Shown here: piece by piece, positions 1 to 12,067 of the stretch
Position numbering within the stretch: the stretch's first letter is position 1
Layout of the letters: every line of letters begins with the position of its first letter
Assembly (NCBI GenBank): GCA_964019335.1
Contig: OZ025741.1
Span: 248,001-312,000 of the forward strand
From: Diplonema japonicum
Lineage: Eukaryota; Protista; Euglenozoa: Diplonemea
Length of the DNA: 64,000 nt
Direction: 5' to 3'
Made by a program: the position numbers and the translations under genes
Notes under the pieces: model-generated
Told to the model about the DNA's origin: nothing
Database searches by the model: none
What the model saw: the letters and a program-made list of their open reading frames with translations, nothing else

Positions 1-3000
1 GCCTCGAAGCGAGGAAAGCGGCGGCGTTGTTAGCGGTCTTAGAGCTGGCTTCACGCTCCTTCCGTACCCTGTCCTTATAATAAGCTGTAGTTGAGAGGAG
101 GGTGCTCTTCAAGGCGTCCACCTGCTTGCGGAAGGGAGCAAGGAGGTGGTAAGAGCGCAGCTTGCTGAAGTACCTTCCCTGAAGAGTAAAGAAGGCGGCA
201 CGTGCCATCTGAGTGACCTTACGCCTTTTCATGACCAGTTTGATGAGCAACGCGAACGAATATCTAAGAATAGTTTTCTTCGTGGTTAGTAAGACAGCCT
301 CGCAGGTTCTTGTCCGGACGGCTCGGGAAGACAATTCCCTTCGCCTTCTCCGTTTTCTCTTGGCCACAGCGGCAGCGAGGGCTTCGAAGGTGGTTTTAAG
401 CTGTATTTTTCCGATTTTTTCCATCAGTAAACCTGAAACCATCCGCGCCCGGATTCGTCTGGCGTGGTGCATCCTCCATCTCCTGAAGGTCACCGCCCTC
501 AGCACTCCTCTCGATGCCTCGAGAATCGACTTCAGCTTTACAAAGTACCTCTCCGTGCTCGTTTTATTTTTGAGCCCCTGCAACATGGCCCTGCACCGCC
601 CGTACCTGGACACGTGTGAAAAACCTTTCAGTTTTGTGTAGCACCTCCTCACCAGGTCCATGTTCCTTGTTCTGTTCATCGCGAGCTTGCGGTAATACCT
701 TCTCAGGACCCCAGTGGCGCATGTGTTGGATTGGTAGAGGGCTACGGATATTGTTCTTCTGCGGGTTCTGATGGTCTTCACCCATTTCACCCATCGTGTG
801 TAACCCCATTTTAACAGGTTTACAAGGCAGTTTTCATGCATTGAACGGGAGACCATCGCCATCCTCCTGGTTTTCTTCACGGTCGCGCCCCATTGGCCCC
901 AGCTGTGGAACCGTTCTCTGAGCAGGGCCGCGTGCGAGCTTTCAAGGATTCGGGCGGTGGTGGTTGTGTTACGTTTGTTCGCGGCAGTGAGGGTAGTCCA
1001 TTTGGAGAAGATCGACAAGAGGCACCGTTTTTCGTTGATCTTGACAAGGTTTTCCGCAGTTTTCACATTTGTCTTTCGGGACACAGACCATCGCAACCAC
1101 TTGCCGTACCCTTCCTTGGCAAGGGTGTTTCTCGTGACGGCGGCGAGACCTCTCGCAGCGGTCCCACGATGCCGCCTCACAACACGATAGAGAGAGATCT
1201 TACGAAACGAAGCAGAGATCAATGAAGCACGTGACCTCGCCGTGAGGTGGCTTAGAGATACCTCACGAGCAAGAAGGGCTGTCCTCCGTGAGACCAACGT
1301 GTTTTGGGTTAAAACGTGGCTTAGCAAGGTTGTGAACCTTGAAGAAACCAATTTCTTTTGAGCTTGCGACGCCAAGGCACCCGCGGCTTTGTGCTCGAAA
1401 TGGTTCTGCCGGGATTTCTCATGGTACACGCGAAGAGCTTGGAATCTACTTGCCATCATCCCGCACAGCACACGGCGCTGAAGTTCTCCAGCGGTTTTCC
1501 GCTTTGCGTGTGCAAGATTTCTTCTGACCAGCAATGTCTTGAGCCCATCCATACCGTGCTGTAGGACCTCGCGGTGTGCCCGCTGCAGGATTGTTGCGGT
1601 TGCGATTTGTGATTTCTTTCTGATCCTCACCCACGTCTTCCATGTTTCCAGCCTGTCGCGGCGAATCGCCTCCCAGGACTTCCTCTCCAGAACCCCGCAA
1701 CACTTCTCAAAGAATCGCTTCCTCATAGCCCACCGCCTCCACACATCATAAAAGCCCTTTCGTATCCTATACACAGTAACCCTCGAGAGATGCGAGGCGA
1801 TACGACACACAGCACTTCTTGAGAACGCGAAAAACTTAAGAGTGTAAAAGTACCGAAGCAGCACGGCACGGTGGGATGCACCGCGAAGCGATGTTGAGGC
1901 GCGGGCCAGCCTGTATCTCCGGCTGGAAAAGGATTTCATAACGGTGAAGAACCGGTGCAAAAAAACGCGGCGGGAAGAGAGGGAGAGAAAACGAGCGGTG
2001 CGGGTAGAGTTCGACCGGCGGAGCGAGTTCCTCTGCAAGGAACCGAAGTATCGGGAAAGGACAGGGTTTGCAGAGGCAACCGATGCGTGATGCGCAGTTT
2101 TCCTTCGGATGACACGGCTTCGAATAAGGAAAACCCATCGGGAGTAGAACCGTTGCAGTGTTTTGACTTCAGATAGTGACTCCAGTTGGTAGCTAGCGGA
2201 GGCCCGAGCTTCCAATCCGTTGAAATGCAAAGCAACTGCCAGCTTGTGGGCGGTTCGGTACCCTAGCAGCGTGGAAAAGGTTTCAGCAAGCCGCCGAACA
2301 AGCGTGGAGCGCAACAGCGTGTGGCATATTCTCTTGTTGCGAACCGTTTTCCGTGTGAAGGCCCGCATTTTTGCGTAGTACCGCAGCATTGTTGTTCTCT
2401 CGCACGTCACTTCCATTTTCGCCATGGCCTTTCTCGCTCCTCCACGGCGGCTTGCCTTCAATGCCCATTTGTAATATAGTTGTTTAACGACGCTCGTCCG
2501 CCTTGCCAGCTTTGAATTAGCGGACTCTAACGGTGGATACACGACCACAGGCGAGGTGTATGCTTTTATTTCCACCCGTTTGAGCAGTTTTGTGTAGTAC
2601 CTCCTGAGCATCAGCAGGCTTCGCACTGTATTGAGGGCGGCAAATACCTTGTGGGATCCGTCTGTTCCTTTCCGTGCCACCACGATCGCCCATGATTTCC
2701 ACAGGTTGTAGTGGGTCCGTAGAAGATCTGTGGCGGTATTGGTGTGGAGTATTCTGACGAACTCGCGTGTTATCTTCTTGCAAGCGGTGTATTCTCGTTG
2801 GTTTAAGGTTCTGTTGGCGGCCAGCCTGCTCCAAGACCTTCTCATGAGAACCCGCTCGGTCGCGCCAGATAAAACCCGCGAGATTTTGTCCCATTGGTGA
2901 ACGTTGCGTTTTGTGCGCGTTCGCCGTGCGTACCTTGTCCAGTCCGTCCAGCATCTTCGGAGGGCGAGAGTTGAGGTTGTGGTCGACAGGAGACGCGATA

Positions 3001-4225
3001 CCTTTGCAAGGTGGTGGGTTGCTTTTGAGTTCTTGCATTTGCCTTCAGCAAATCCCACCCAGTTCACCCAGCATCTTCGGAGGACGGCAGTCGAGACAGC
3101 CTTCGAGAAAGCCACCGACACCTTCGACAACTGCGTGTTCGCAATCCTCGCACGATCCGCTTTCCGTGTGAAAGATTTCCGTGTGAACGCTGTCCAGTAC
3201 GCCCAACACTCACGGAGGGTGGACGTTGAAACAGCGTTAAAAAGGAGGCGGGAGATCTTCGTGGTTTGAATTGTTATCCTATCACGGCTCATGTGTATCA
3301 CAAACCCGGTCCACGCTGTCCAGTATCGTCGGAGGGAAGACGTTGTGGTGGCGTGGGATAAGACCCGGGAGATCTTTGAAAGACACCGTGTTTCATAGCA
3401 TTTTTGAAGCTTTTTGTCGAGCGCAAAACGGGTCCATTTCCCCCAGGACGGGCGGAGGGCGAGGAGCCGCTTGTCGTGGCACACAAGATTCGAGAGCCTG
3501 GTTGAGAACTCGGTTTTTTCATGGCAGGACCTGAGCACGGAATGCCACGACACATAATACCGGTGGAGCAACACCGTCGATGATTTCTTACAAAGAATCT
3601 CTGAGACAAGTTCCATGCTGTCGTTGTAAAGCGGTAACTGGGAGTTGTCCGCCATGTTCCTTGCGATGAGGACCACGCTCAGCCACGTATTATAGTACCG
3701 TGCCAAGATGTCCTTGCAGGCTTTGGAGTAGAGGATGCACGACACCCGCCGCTCTGTGTCCTTCCCAACCGGCTTCCGCAGCGTCACACAGGATTCCCTC
3801 AACACGACAACAGCCTCCAAAAGCGGAAAACTCGGCGATCTTGTCACGCTTCTCCCTTTGCCCTGTACCCTTTCTATCGACTCTATAAGTGAAGTAGCCC
3901 GTTGCCCTATGCTTGATGACGTGCTGTCTGTGTAGATAGGAGGCGGTCGCATAGACACGGATCTCCTCGGTTGCATGCTCGGTGGTGGCTCAAGAACATG
4001 TGGAGACTCGGGTGGTGTGTCAGGCTGTTCTGAAAAACCCCCCAACACACCATCGAATAATATCGGGGACTCGTCTCCAGACAAAAAAAGCGGCCTCGAT
4101 CGCTTGCCTTTCTGATTTAAAACTGCTTGGGTCCCACCAGCATTCCAATCCACCGTGCGAGGGGAACCCGACCTCCGACTTATGCCTGACACTAACGACC
4201 CGGCTCTTGAAGTCGGAGTGTCCAT
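1..4225 (-). CDS. Sfi1-like repeat protein (putative centrin-binding scaffold), >1408 aa, 3' end beyond window
   Basis: Manual translation from ATG 4225 (MDTPTSRAGS...) stays open to position 2. Basic helical units of ~30 aa recur with L-R-R-(Y/C)-(W/Y)-x-x-W cores (LRRYWTAW, LRECWAYW, LRRCWVNW, LRRCWTDW, LRRYYTKL, LQRFYSRW). Probably missing from the ORF track because it has no stop in the window. Confidence 0.75.
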   Translation of the reverse strand, partial: MDTPTSRAGSLVSGISRRSGSPRTVDWNAGGTQAVLNQKGKRSRPLFLSGDESPILFDGVLGGFSEQPDTPPESPHVLEPPPSMQPRRSVSMRPPPIYTDSTSSSIGQRATSLIESIERVQGKGRSVTRSPSFPLLEAVVVLRESCVTLRKPVGKDTERRVSCILYSKACKDILARYYNTWLSVVLIARNMADNSQLPLYNDSMELVSEILCKKSSTVLLHRYYVSWHSVLRSCHEKTEFSTRLSNLVCHDKRLLALRPSWGKWTRFALDKKLQKCYETRCLSKISRVLSHATTTSSLRRYWTAWTGFVIHMSRDRITIQTTKISRLLFNAVSTSTLRECWAYWTAFTRKSFTRKADRARIANTQLSKVSVAFSKAVSTAVLRRCWVNWVGFAEGKCKNSKATHHLAKVSRLLSTTTSTLALRRCWTDWTRYARRTRTKRNVHQWDKISRVLSGATERVLMRRSWSRLAANRTLNQREYTACKKITREFVRILHTNTATDLLRTHYNLWKSWAIVVARKGTDGSHKVFAALNTVRSLLMLRRYYTKLLKRVEIKAYTSPVVVYPPLESANSKLARRTSVVKQLYYKWALKASRRGGARKAMAKMEVTCERTTMLRYYAKMRAFTRKTVRNKRICHTLLRSTLVRRLAETFSTLLGYRTAHKLAVALHFNGLEARASASYQLESLSEVKTLQRFYSRWVFLIRSRVIRRKTAHHASVASANPVLSRYFGSLQRNSLRRSNSTRTARFLSLSSRRVFLHRFFTVMKSFSSRRYRLARASTSLRGASHRAVLLRYFYTLKFFAFSRSAVCRIASHLSRVTVYRIRKGFYDVWRRWAMRKRFFEKCCGVLERKSWEAIRRDRLETWKTWVRIRKKSQIATATILQRAHREVLQHGMDGLKTLLVRRNLAHAKRKTAGELQRRVLCGMMASRFQALRVYHEKSRQNHFEHKAAGALASQAQKKLVSSRFTTLLSHVLTQNTLVSRRTALLAREVSLSHLTARSRASLISASFRKISLYRVVRRHRGTAARGLAAVTRNTLAKEGYGKWLRWSVSRKTNVKTAENLVKINEKRCLLSIFSKWTTLTAANKRNTTTTARILESSHAALLRERFHSWGQWGATVKKTRRMAMVSRSMHENCLVNLLKWGYTRWVKWVKTIRTRRRTISVALYQSNTCATGVLRRYYRKLAMNRTRNMDLVRRCYTKLKGFSHVSRYGRCRAMLQGLKNKTSTERYFVKLKSILEASRGVLRAVTFRRWRMHHARRIRARMVSGLLMEKIGKIQLKTTFEALAAAVAKRKRRRRRELSSRAVRTRTCEAVLLTTKKTILRYSFALLIKLVMKRRKVTQMARAAFFTLQGRYFSKLRSYHLLAPFRKQVDALKSTLLSTTAYYKDRVRKEREASSKTANNAAAFLASR

Positions 4226-4231
4226 TTCCTT

Positions 4232-4263
<32 letters not shown>

Positions 4264-4590
4264 CGGTTTGTAAAGGGTAGTGTGGGTATGACAAAAGGGA
4301 AGGGGGAAAAAAGGTAGACATTCGATGAGCTTTTTCAAATGCTTGCAATCGTCCCCCGACCCGGCCACCGCGTACAAGCCCTGCGGGCCGGCCAACTTTT
4401 TCACGATGTGTTTTTCAGTCGTCGGCCACCAAGGCGGGTCGTTCAAGATCCGCACCCTCCCTGCATCACTCTCAAGATGGTCCACCATCGCCTGTAAAGG
4501 ATCTGGGGGCTTCTTGTGCAACAAGTGAATGAGCAGCTCGTTGAGAAGGTGGGGAATGCGCATCTGAGAAGAATACTCTGTGTTATCCAT
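4192..4590 (-). CDS. Small protein or exon with RIIa/Dpy-30-like dimerisation-docking motif; 3' end unresolved
   Basis: MDNTEYSSQMRIPHLLNELLIHLLHKKPPDPLQAMVDHLE fits the D/D pattern. The end of the ORF reads through an intron-like A-tract. Confidence 0.55.
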
Positions 4591-4745
4591 TGGGGATTTT
4601 CTTTTTTTTTTTTTCCTCCCACCTTAAAAAAAAAAAAAAAATACCGCCATCCCCCTTTCCGGCCCTCAGTTAAAAACAAAAATATATATATATATATATC
4701 AACAAGAGAACAAAACAAAAATAAAAAAACAAAAAAATAAAAAGT

Positions 4746-6494
4746 CTAAACAGGGGTAGGGAATGCCTCCGGGTGCATTGTAAGCGAAACGTTAGGTGTG
4801 GTCATGATGGCTACAAGCCTGAAGGAAGGGTTGGGAATCGACACCGGCGGGTGAACATCGAGAGTAGCAACGGAAGATCTTTTGGACGGGTGGGAAGGCA
4901 TCCTGTGGCAATAGAGCTTTCCGGTGGTAAATTGTCCTCTGTAAAGATGTAAATGCAAGCCCAACCGATCACCATCTTGAAAATCTCCAAGCCCGGCAGT
5001 GCAATTCGGAAGAGACTTGTGATGCGCAAATGGGGATAAACAGACCCCCCACGTCCCAGGCTGCTTCCCGAGCGAACCACATATTTTCAACCCATCACAT
5101 GTCACGCCAATCATACTCGCACCGGGTGAACCAGATACAGTGACTTCCCAATAATGTGTGGGAAGAGTAGTCACGATGGAAGTGCTCAGCATAACGTGGC
5201 GGTTTGTGCACGAGGTGACCATCGGCTGAATGGTGAGACCGTCTTTGGAGAATGCAACGCTGCATTTTGTTGATGAGCTTTCCGGACGGACCCAGTGAAC
5301 AGTGGGCTGCTCCGTTCTATCCTTAGCGATTTTTCTTTTAACCGGTGCAACGGGCGGCGGCGGCACCGGATCAGGTGTTCTTATTGAAACAGGCGACACT
5401 CCTCGAGGAATCGGTGAAAGAGACATTTGTTGTGTTAAAATTGAATTTTCAGACGTTAGTTCTGCCACGGTTCGGATGAGGTCTATGGGTTCAAGGGTGG
5501 TTTGGGTGTTTGGGATTAATTGCCGTTCGACAAGATGGTGTATTGCGGCCTGCCACGCAGGGTTGTGGCAATTCACAGCCGCTTCCAAGCAAGCGATCTC
5601 TTTGTTCAGTTTAACACGCGCATCGTCGGCCTGGAGGATGATCTCGTTCAGCGAGGCAACTTTGGAGTTGTGCGCCTCGCGTGCTTTCTTCACAAGCAAA
5701 ACCTCTTTTTCGCGAAGGGCTTGTATAGCAAGGTCAGTTTCCTCCCCGAGCAGTTTTATCTCATTGTCGAGGTCGGTGGACATCGATTCAAGGTTTCCCA
5801 TTACGGAGTTTACAGCGTTGTCGGTAGCCGTGCGGGTTCTTTTTTTTTGCTTGCTTATGGTTCGCATTTCTTCAGCGTCGAAGGGTGTCGGGGTGACGGT
5901 TCCCAAAATACGCCCGTTTGCCATTATCGACACGGTCGGCCCTGTCTGCGAAGGTATCAACGAGACCTCGCTGAGATTCTTCAAAAGATTCACCAACGCC
6001 GGGTCGTCCGACCGCGGAACAATTTCTTTTTTAACCGCAGTTGCTTTCGGTACCGCAGTTGACACTCGCATCTTCGGCACCCATATGATCCCGTTTGTAC
6101 GTAACGATGCAATTACTGGGTTAAGCCCCGGGAATGGGTCTAGTTTTACTCGTAAATCTGTTTCTAGGTCTGATTTGACGTGTTTTTTGTAGAGGTTTTG
6201 GACTTCCGTCCACATTCCTATCGAAACGACGGCGCGTGTCGCTTTCGTTATTTTTTCGATGCTTGTTTGGCAGCCCGGGTCTAACAGCAGGCACAGTGCG
6301 TCTGTCACCTCGGAGACGAGCACCATGTTCTCCCTCTTTATGGTTTCCTCTTTTTCTTTTATCTTGGCTTCTAACTGGGCTTCGTTCTCCCTCTCTTCCC
6401 GCAACCGTCGTTCCTCCTCTCGTAGGCGTCGCGCGCGTTCGTTTTCCTCGCGCACTGCCGCCGCCCGTTTGGCGCCACCGAATAAAGTATGCAT
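4746..6494 (-). CDS. Coiled-coil plus C-terminal SPRY/B30.2-like domain protein (582 aa)
   Basis: Start MHTLFGG follows A-tract-AG-CC. C-terminal HYWEVTV...SMIGV...LG...TWG...GDFQDGDRLGLHL is SPRY-like. Confidence 0.7.
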   Translation of the reverse strand: MHTLFGGAKRAAAVREENERARRLREEERRLREERENEAQLEAKIKEKEETIKRENMVLVSEVTDALCLLLDPGCQTSIEKITKATRAVVSIGMWTEVQNLYKKHVKSDLETDLRVKLDPFPGLNPVIASLRTNGIIWVPKMRVSTAVPKATAVKKEIVPRSDDPALVNLLKNLSEVSLIPSQTGPTVSIMANGRILGTVTPTPFDAEEMRTISKQKKRTRTATDNAVNSVMGNLESMSTDLDNEIKLLGEETDLAIQALREKEVLLVKKAREAHNSKVASLNEIILQADDARVKLNKEIACLEAAVNCHNPAWQAAIHHLVERQLIPNTQTTLEPIDLIRTVAELTSENSILTQQMSLSPIPRGVSPVSIRTPDPVPPPPVAPVKRKIAKDRTEQPTVHWVRPESSSTKCSVAFSKDGLTIQPMVTSCTNRHVMLSTSIVTTLPTHYWEVTVSGSPGASMIGVTCDGLKICGSLGKQPGTWGVCLSPFAHHKSLPNCTAGLGDFQDGDRLGLHLHLYRGQFTTGKLYCHRMPSHPSKRSSVATLDVHPPVSIPNPSFRLVAIMTTPNVSLTMHPEAFPTPV

Positions 6495-6496
6495 GG

Positions 6497-6536
<40 letters not shown>

Positions 6537-7197
6537 CATGCAGCCCTGAAGACTTTTGCGAAGGATTGTTAATAGACAATACCAATATTAGCGTTCTGCT
6601 AAAAAAAAAAAAAAAAAAAAATCAGGAATAGGTCCCGCAGGGGGGGTCGGTTCGGAGGAGCGGCTTCGCCAGTGATTTCCAACGATTGCAAAAAGAGGGC
6701 GTTTTGCGACAGTAAATTGTGATTTTGGCGCGGTTCTTTTTTTCCGAGTGCGAGTGTGCCCTCTTTCGACTTTTTTTTTTCATTTCCCGAGGGGCAAAAA
6801 AAAAAAAAAAAAAAATAAAGAAAAGAATAAAGAGAAAAAAAGAAATGAATAAGGTTGCGGAGGGAGAAAAAAAAATTTGAGAAGGAGAATAGAATTTTTA
6901 GAAAGAAAAAATGAGGAAAAGGGGAATGGGTGGGGGTCTAAAGATGGTAGGAGGTGAGGGAAAAAAAATGGGGGGGGGAAAGGTGTCTTTGAAGGAAACC
7001 TGCAGTATGTGACAGGATCGCCTAAAAAAGAGAAAAAAATTTTAAAAAATCTAATTTCATGGATCTTCCCTTCTTTTTTTTTTCTCCATTCCTTCCCCCC
7101 CCCCCCCCCCCCCCCTTGCGAAAGAATTGAGATACCAAGGAGGGGGGGAAAAAAAACGGAGAAAAAAAATTCTTTTTTTAAAAAAAATTTTTTTGGG

Positions 7198-7231
<34 letters not shown>

Positions 7232-7318
7232 ACACTAAGAGGCATGGCGAATCTGAAGCCGATGTACCTTCGAGATCCCGATGGGGGAGGGGGGGGGGGT
7301 TTTTTTTTCCTTCTTTTT

Positions 7319-10300
7319 CTAAGACGATCTCCTCTTCTTGTGCTTCTTACCATCGTCGTCTCGGTCGCGCTTTCTCTTCTTCTTCGTGGATTCTGACGAG
7401 TCGTCTGAGCTGTCATCAGAGGAAGCTGCCCCACTGCTTTCATCATCGCCCGACCATTCATCGCTAGATGAATCGGAGTCAGAATCCCCTGAGTAAACCT
7501 CATCACTGTCGCTGTCGCTGTCGCTGTCAGATGACCCGCTACCAGAGGACGCATCAAGATTAAACATGCTCTCCCAACCATTGTTGGAACCCCAGGCTTC
7601 CCAGTTCCCCGATTGCTCCTCTTTGATGATCTCTTTCAGAATATTCGTCCAGAAGTTTGATTTGTCGCTCTCGTAGTACTGTTGGATTTTTTTTTTTTTT
7701 TTTTTTTTTTCCCGTGAAAACAAACCTTTGTGTTGTACTTATGACACAGAGCATCCTTTAAGAACGCCAGGTACTGAACCGGGATATTTGTAATCTGTTG
7801 AACAGGGATGCGGTAGTCCTTCATCACGAAGACGGCATCGAAACTGCTTTGACCTGAAAAAAGTGAATTAAAAAAGTTTTTTTTTTTAACCCATAAAGGA
7901 CCGGAACTGAATATTTCAGCTAAAAAAAACTTTTTTAATTCTGCTAAGGCATTTTTAGTGCTCTGCATGCCCACTCTTTAAAGAGGGGCCTTATTGCGCG
8001 ACTTTTTTTATACTGACGCTATATCGCCCGTAAATTTTTGCATCCAAACTGCAAGGGGAGAAAAAAAATAGTGGCACAGACATTGTTTTTTTTACACCCC
8101 ATAAGGAGTGCCGAAAGTACTTCTGAAGAAGGGTCAAAATCGAGAAGGTGGGGAGGAAAATATTTCAAAGAGGCAGAGCTGCTCACCGAATATCAGCACC
8201 AGAATTACTGGATTGTCTTTGACAACTGCTTTCGCTTGTCCCATTGTTGATACGGATTTACAATGCGGATTTCCACTGCATGGGGACCATCAGGAAAACC
8301 CGGAAATTGCTCCCAGAATACCATTCAGTGTCAGCAAGTGTGTGGCAAAGAAATCTTGTCAAACAACATCATCGCAAAAGGGTGGCACCCACATCAAGTG
8401 TTCCCCGCCGGAGCCTAAGATACCTACCCCTCAGGGTGCACCTTCACGTGCCAAGGGTGCACCTTCACGTACCAAGGGTGCACCTTTAATGTGTCCTGAA
8501 AAGATGCAAAAGGCACGGAATTGCACTGTGTGCAACAAATTAGAGAAAAAACGCACCCAGGCCATGTTCTCGTGCAGAGACTGCAACGTAGCAATGTGCC
8601 CTGTTTCGAATTTTTTCACATTAACGACACCTTAAAAAACCACCTGAAATCCTCTTGAAAACCACTTGAAAATAGAAATACGTTTAAATTGGACAAGTCG
8701 CATATCTGCGGCACCTCGGACCTTGTGTTCAAAGAACGGCCATAAGTGGTGAAAAAAAAATAACCAGCCCACCCTGCACGCTGAATAAGCGCTGCTTGCC
8801 GAAACCATGGAACCTCCAGATAGCATGTGCCCTTTGCAAGAGCTGTTTCTCTCAAATGCTGCTCTACCACCAAAGTTGGGGCGTCTGGGGCTGAAATGCA
8901 GGCCGCTTCGCGCTCCAGAGACAATGGGGTAGTGAAAATAATATAGGTACACACCCTCTAACTCCACCCTCGCCATTTTATTTTGGTATTTGAACGAAAA
9001 GTTCAAAATCGACTTTTTAGACGAAAAATAGCGGTCCTTTATGGGTTAAAAAAAAAAAAAAAATACCTTGCACCACACGCTCGAAGACCACCACCTCAAC
9101 CATATCCATGGAGAGGCAGAAGATGCTGCTGTCAAGAACAGAGTTGATCGTGGAAGGGGTAGTTGAGATGTAACCCATTCCGCCTTGCCCGCCGCCGGGA
9201 GCACCTTCGAAGTAGCCATCCGGGTACGGGATCTCAACTGTGCCTTCTGGGAGCTTCCCGGAAAGGCCTTTCGCGAAGCCTACGAATTCCTTGTTGATAC
9301 GGTCGATGATCCGCTTTTCAGCTTCCTCGTCCATCTCGTCCTCCCGTTCGGAGGTGCGGTTTCGCGAGCTGATATTTTCCCCCTCGTTGCGAACTTCGGT
9401 GTAAACCTGGAAATCTTTTGTTTTTGCACTATCGGCGTACAGTTCGATGGGCTTGTGGAGACGAATGTGAACGGCAGCGTATCTGTCATGTTTGTTGGTG
9501 TGGGGAGCTGCAATGACGTGTTTGACGTTGCTGTAAAGGATGTCGATGGGTTTCGGGATGACCTTCGAGCTGAACCTGAAACCGTTCTCGTGCGCCTCGA
9601 AGTCTCCGAGGGGCTTCGTCATGCCCTTACCACTGCCCACCTTCGGCTTCGGGTACACGTTTCCGAGCTTCGCACCGCCGCCGGGCTTCTTAATCAACCC
9701 GCTACAGTCCGCGACCTCTTCCTTAACAGAGTCTGACTTTTTAAGAGCGTTGATTATGTTTCTAATATGCGCGCGGATTTTCTCCATTTCGGCGGTTCGA
9801 GTTATGTCGCATTTGTAGCAAAGCTCTTTGATAAAGACGTGTTTGGGGTAGAGGTTGTAGGGTGTGAAGTTTGTGTTGGCCTGAGCGTTTTTAAACTGCA
9901 GTCTCAACACGTAGCACCCCTTGGACGTTTCTTGTTTCGTGTTGACAATCGTTGAAATGTGAATCGGGACAGATCGTCCGTTGATCGGGAAGTACACAAC
10001 CTGCTTTGAAAGATCGATGTCCAGGTCTGTTGTTTCCTTCATTTTTCTTGAATCGACAAGGTTGGTGAGTTCGCCTCTTGACAGCTTTCCTGCTGCCGTT
10101 GTGTCTTTGGCTTTTTTCGCTTTGATGGCTTCTTTGGTGAGCCCAGCGGTTGCTTTTCTGTTAGCAAGGAGGATCTCCTGTTGCTTCGAGAGCCATTGCC
10201 CGCCTCTGCTTAACTCGTAGTTTTCGGTAGTCTTGCGCTGTTTGATAACTTGTTTCTTTTCGGGTTCGCTTTCTTCTTCACCGTCATCCTCATCATCGAT

Positions 10301-11535
10301 AAGATGTGTGGATTCGGCTGCGACCTTGCAACCTCCTGTGAGAACGCTTTCATCTTCTCCTCCATCCTTCATCACAGCAATAGTGTCTAGTATTTCAATA
10401 ACGTACTTTGAATCACTGTCCTTAATAGGGAGGTTTTCCAGTCGGACTCTGATGATTACAACGTTGCCTTCTTCGATGGTGCCTGGTGAGTCTTTTGCGA
10501 TGGTGAGGCCGGTGTCCTTCCATTCCACGCCGGTTCCGAAGCCGAGTTCGATGTGGAGGTGTTTCCTGAGCTGTTCTGGAGGTGTTTCGGCAGCCTGCTT
10601 CCAAACATCTGAGATTTTCACGGATGGTTTCAGGCTTTTTATGAGAGCTGAACGGACAGCTAACGCTGCATCGTACGCCGCCTTCTGCTCCTCAGTCGGA
10701 TTTATTAGAAACGTCCGGCCAACTACTGCACAGTATTGCCGCCATCTGACACCAGCCACCGCAGTGACGTTGGTCATGTTTAGATTGTCGGTGTTTGGAG
10801 TTCCGGGGAATTCAGCGGTATAGTTTCCAGACTGGATGGTTGGTGCGAAGGCGGCGGAGATCTCCTCCACATCGTCCATGCCCTTCATTAAGGATGGCTG
10901 ATCGATCCAATCAGCTAGTTTGTTGGAGAATTTCTCGTGTGTGATCTTCTTCTCCATTTCAAAGGTTTTTTGCAGCTCCTTCACGACGCCCTTTGCGAAC
11001 AGGGATTTGCAAAACGCCCCGGCTTTTTTGTGCATGGCGAGTTCTTTGTTGTCCTTCACCCTGAGCATCGTTGTCATTTCTGTTTTGAGATCGACCTGCT
11101 CGATGGGCTTCATCATCTCTAAAAATTTCTCGGCGTAGTGTTCGCCTTTCATATGTTTCAGATCGTCCTTGATGACACCTACCTTGCCGGTACCGATTTT
11201 GGCGAGGATTGCTTTAAAGGGTTCGGTATTGACGTCTTGCTTGGCGTTGCAGGTTAGCATCGTGATGCCGGGAACGCCCACCAGGTTTGAAAGCGATTTC
11301 TTCTTCCCCGACGCAATGTAGATCTCGTCCTTCAGCACCACGATGATGGTGTTGGCAAGCTCTGTTCTGGTCAGGAAGACCTGCAGGGAGTACGTCGTCA
11401 GGTACTCCGGCATAAATTCTTCGGAGTGTACCCCCCTCACAACAACCAACCCCTCCACATCCACAGGGAGGTTCGCCCTGATCAACCCAACACGCTGCTT
11501 GAACAGCGGCGCATCAATATATCCATCCTCGGCCA

Positions 11536-11536
<1 letters not shown>
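7319..11536 (-). CDS. SPT16: FACT complex subunit Spt16; join(7319..7678,7726..7853,9067..11536), 985 aa
   Basis: N-terminal peptidase M24-like fold, GDFEAHENGFRF, FERVVQG|QSSFDAVFVMKDY continuing across a GT-AG intron, then YYE...FWTNILKEI and an acidic/basic tail. Exon phases are consistent. Confidence 0.93.
7890..9045 (+). mobile_element. Non-autonomous piggyBac-family transposon inside SPT16 intron 1
   Basis: Perfect 14-bp TIRs CCCATAAAGGACCG (7890-7903 and 9032-9045) with TTAA on both sides (7886-7889, 9046-9049). Frameshifted transposase remnants YWIVFDN, GTIRKTRK and a Cys-rich tail CTVC...CRDCNVAMC. Confidence 0.92.
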
Positions 11537-11572
<36 letters not shown>

Positions 11573-12067
11573 CCTTCTTCCCCCACTTTTTTTTTTTTTT
11601 TTTATTTCCCATGGGTTTTGGGCACTGGGTTCGCGTTTTTAACACAAAAAGTCGTGAAGACAGAATGCCACCAAAAGGCCGAGGTGGAGCCTCCACGAGG
11701 GCAGTTCCTGGGCAGGCTCCCTCAAAAGGGGGGGTCTGGCGAATCCACCAGGCAAGGAGAAGCGGTGGGCGACCTAGCCGGCAGGCCAGGGGTGGTCCGG
11801 AAGGTCCAAGACGTAGGGAGCCGAGGTAGTCAGGAACGGCACCGTACCTTCTACTCCACCGAAGATACAAAAGAAAGCAATCGGATGGCAGTGAATGCCC
11901 TGGCGCGAGCCATGGGCCGCGTGATCTGTGTGTACACAATCCGGGACGAGCAGGGAGGAAGTTTGTTCCTAAAAAAGAATCTGCACATACACTTTTTTTC
12001 TTCTTCTTTTTTTTTTTTTTTTTTCTCTTTTTTTTTTTTTCTTTTGTTCTTCTAATTTTTATTCTAG

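Noticed and set aside
1-4190. Degenerate ingi/L1Tc-like LINE suggested by WNAGG, IPQG and AGF-like words in short ORFs
   Set aside because: A different minus-strand frame is fully open for 1408 codons and encodes regular Sfi1-like repeats; the LINE-like words are scattered coincidences.
4173-4218. 9-bp inverted repeat CTCCGACTT/AAGTCGGAG
   Set aside because: Lies within coding sequence and is short enough to be chance.
11640-11960. OTU-like word ALARAMGRVICVY on the plus strand
   Set aside because: No catalytic Cys or His motifs and no credible gene structure.
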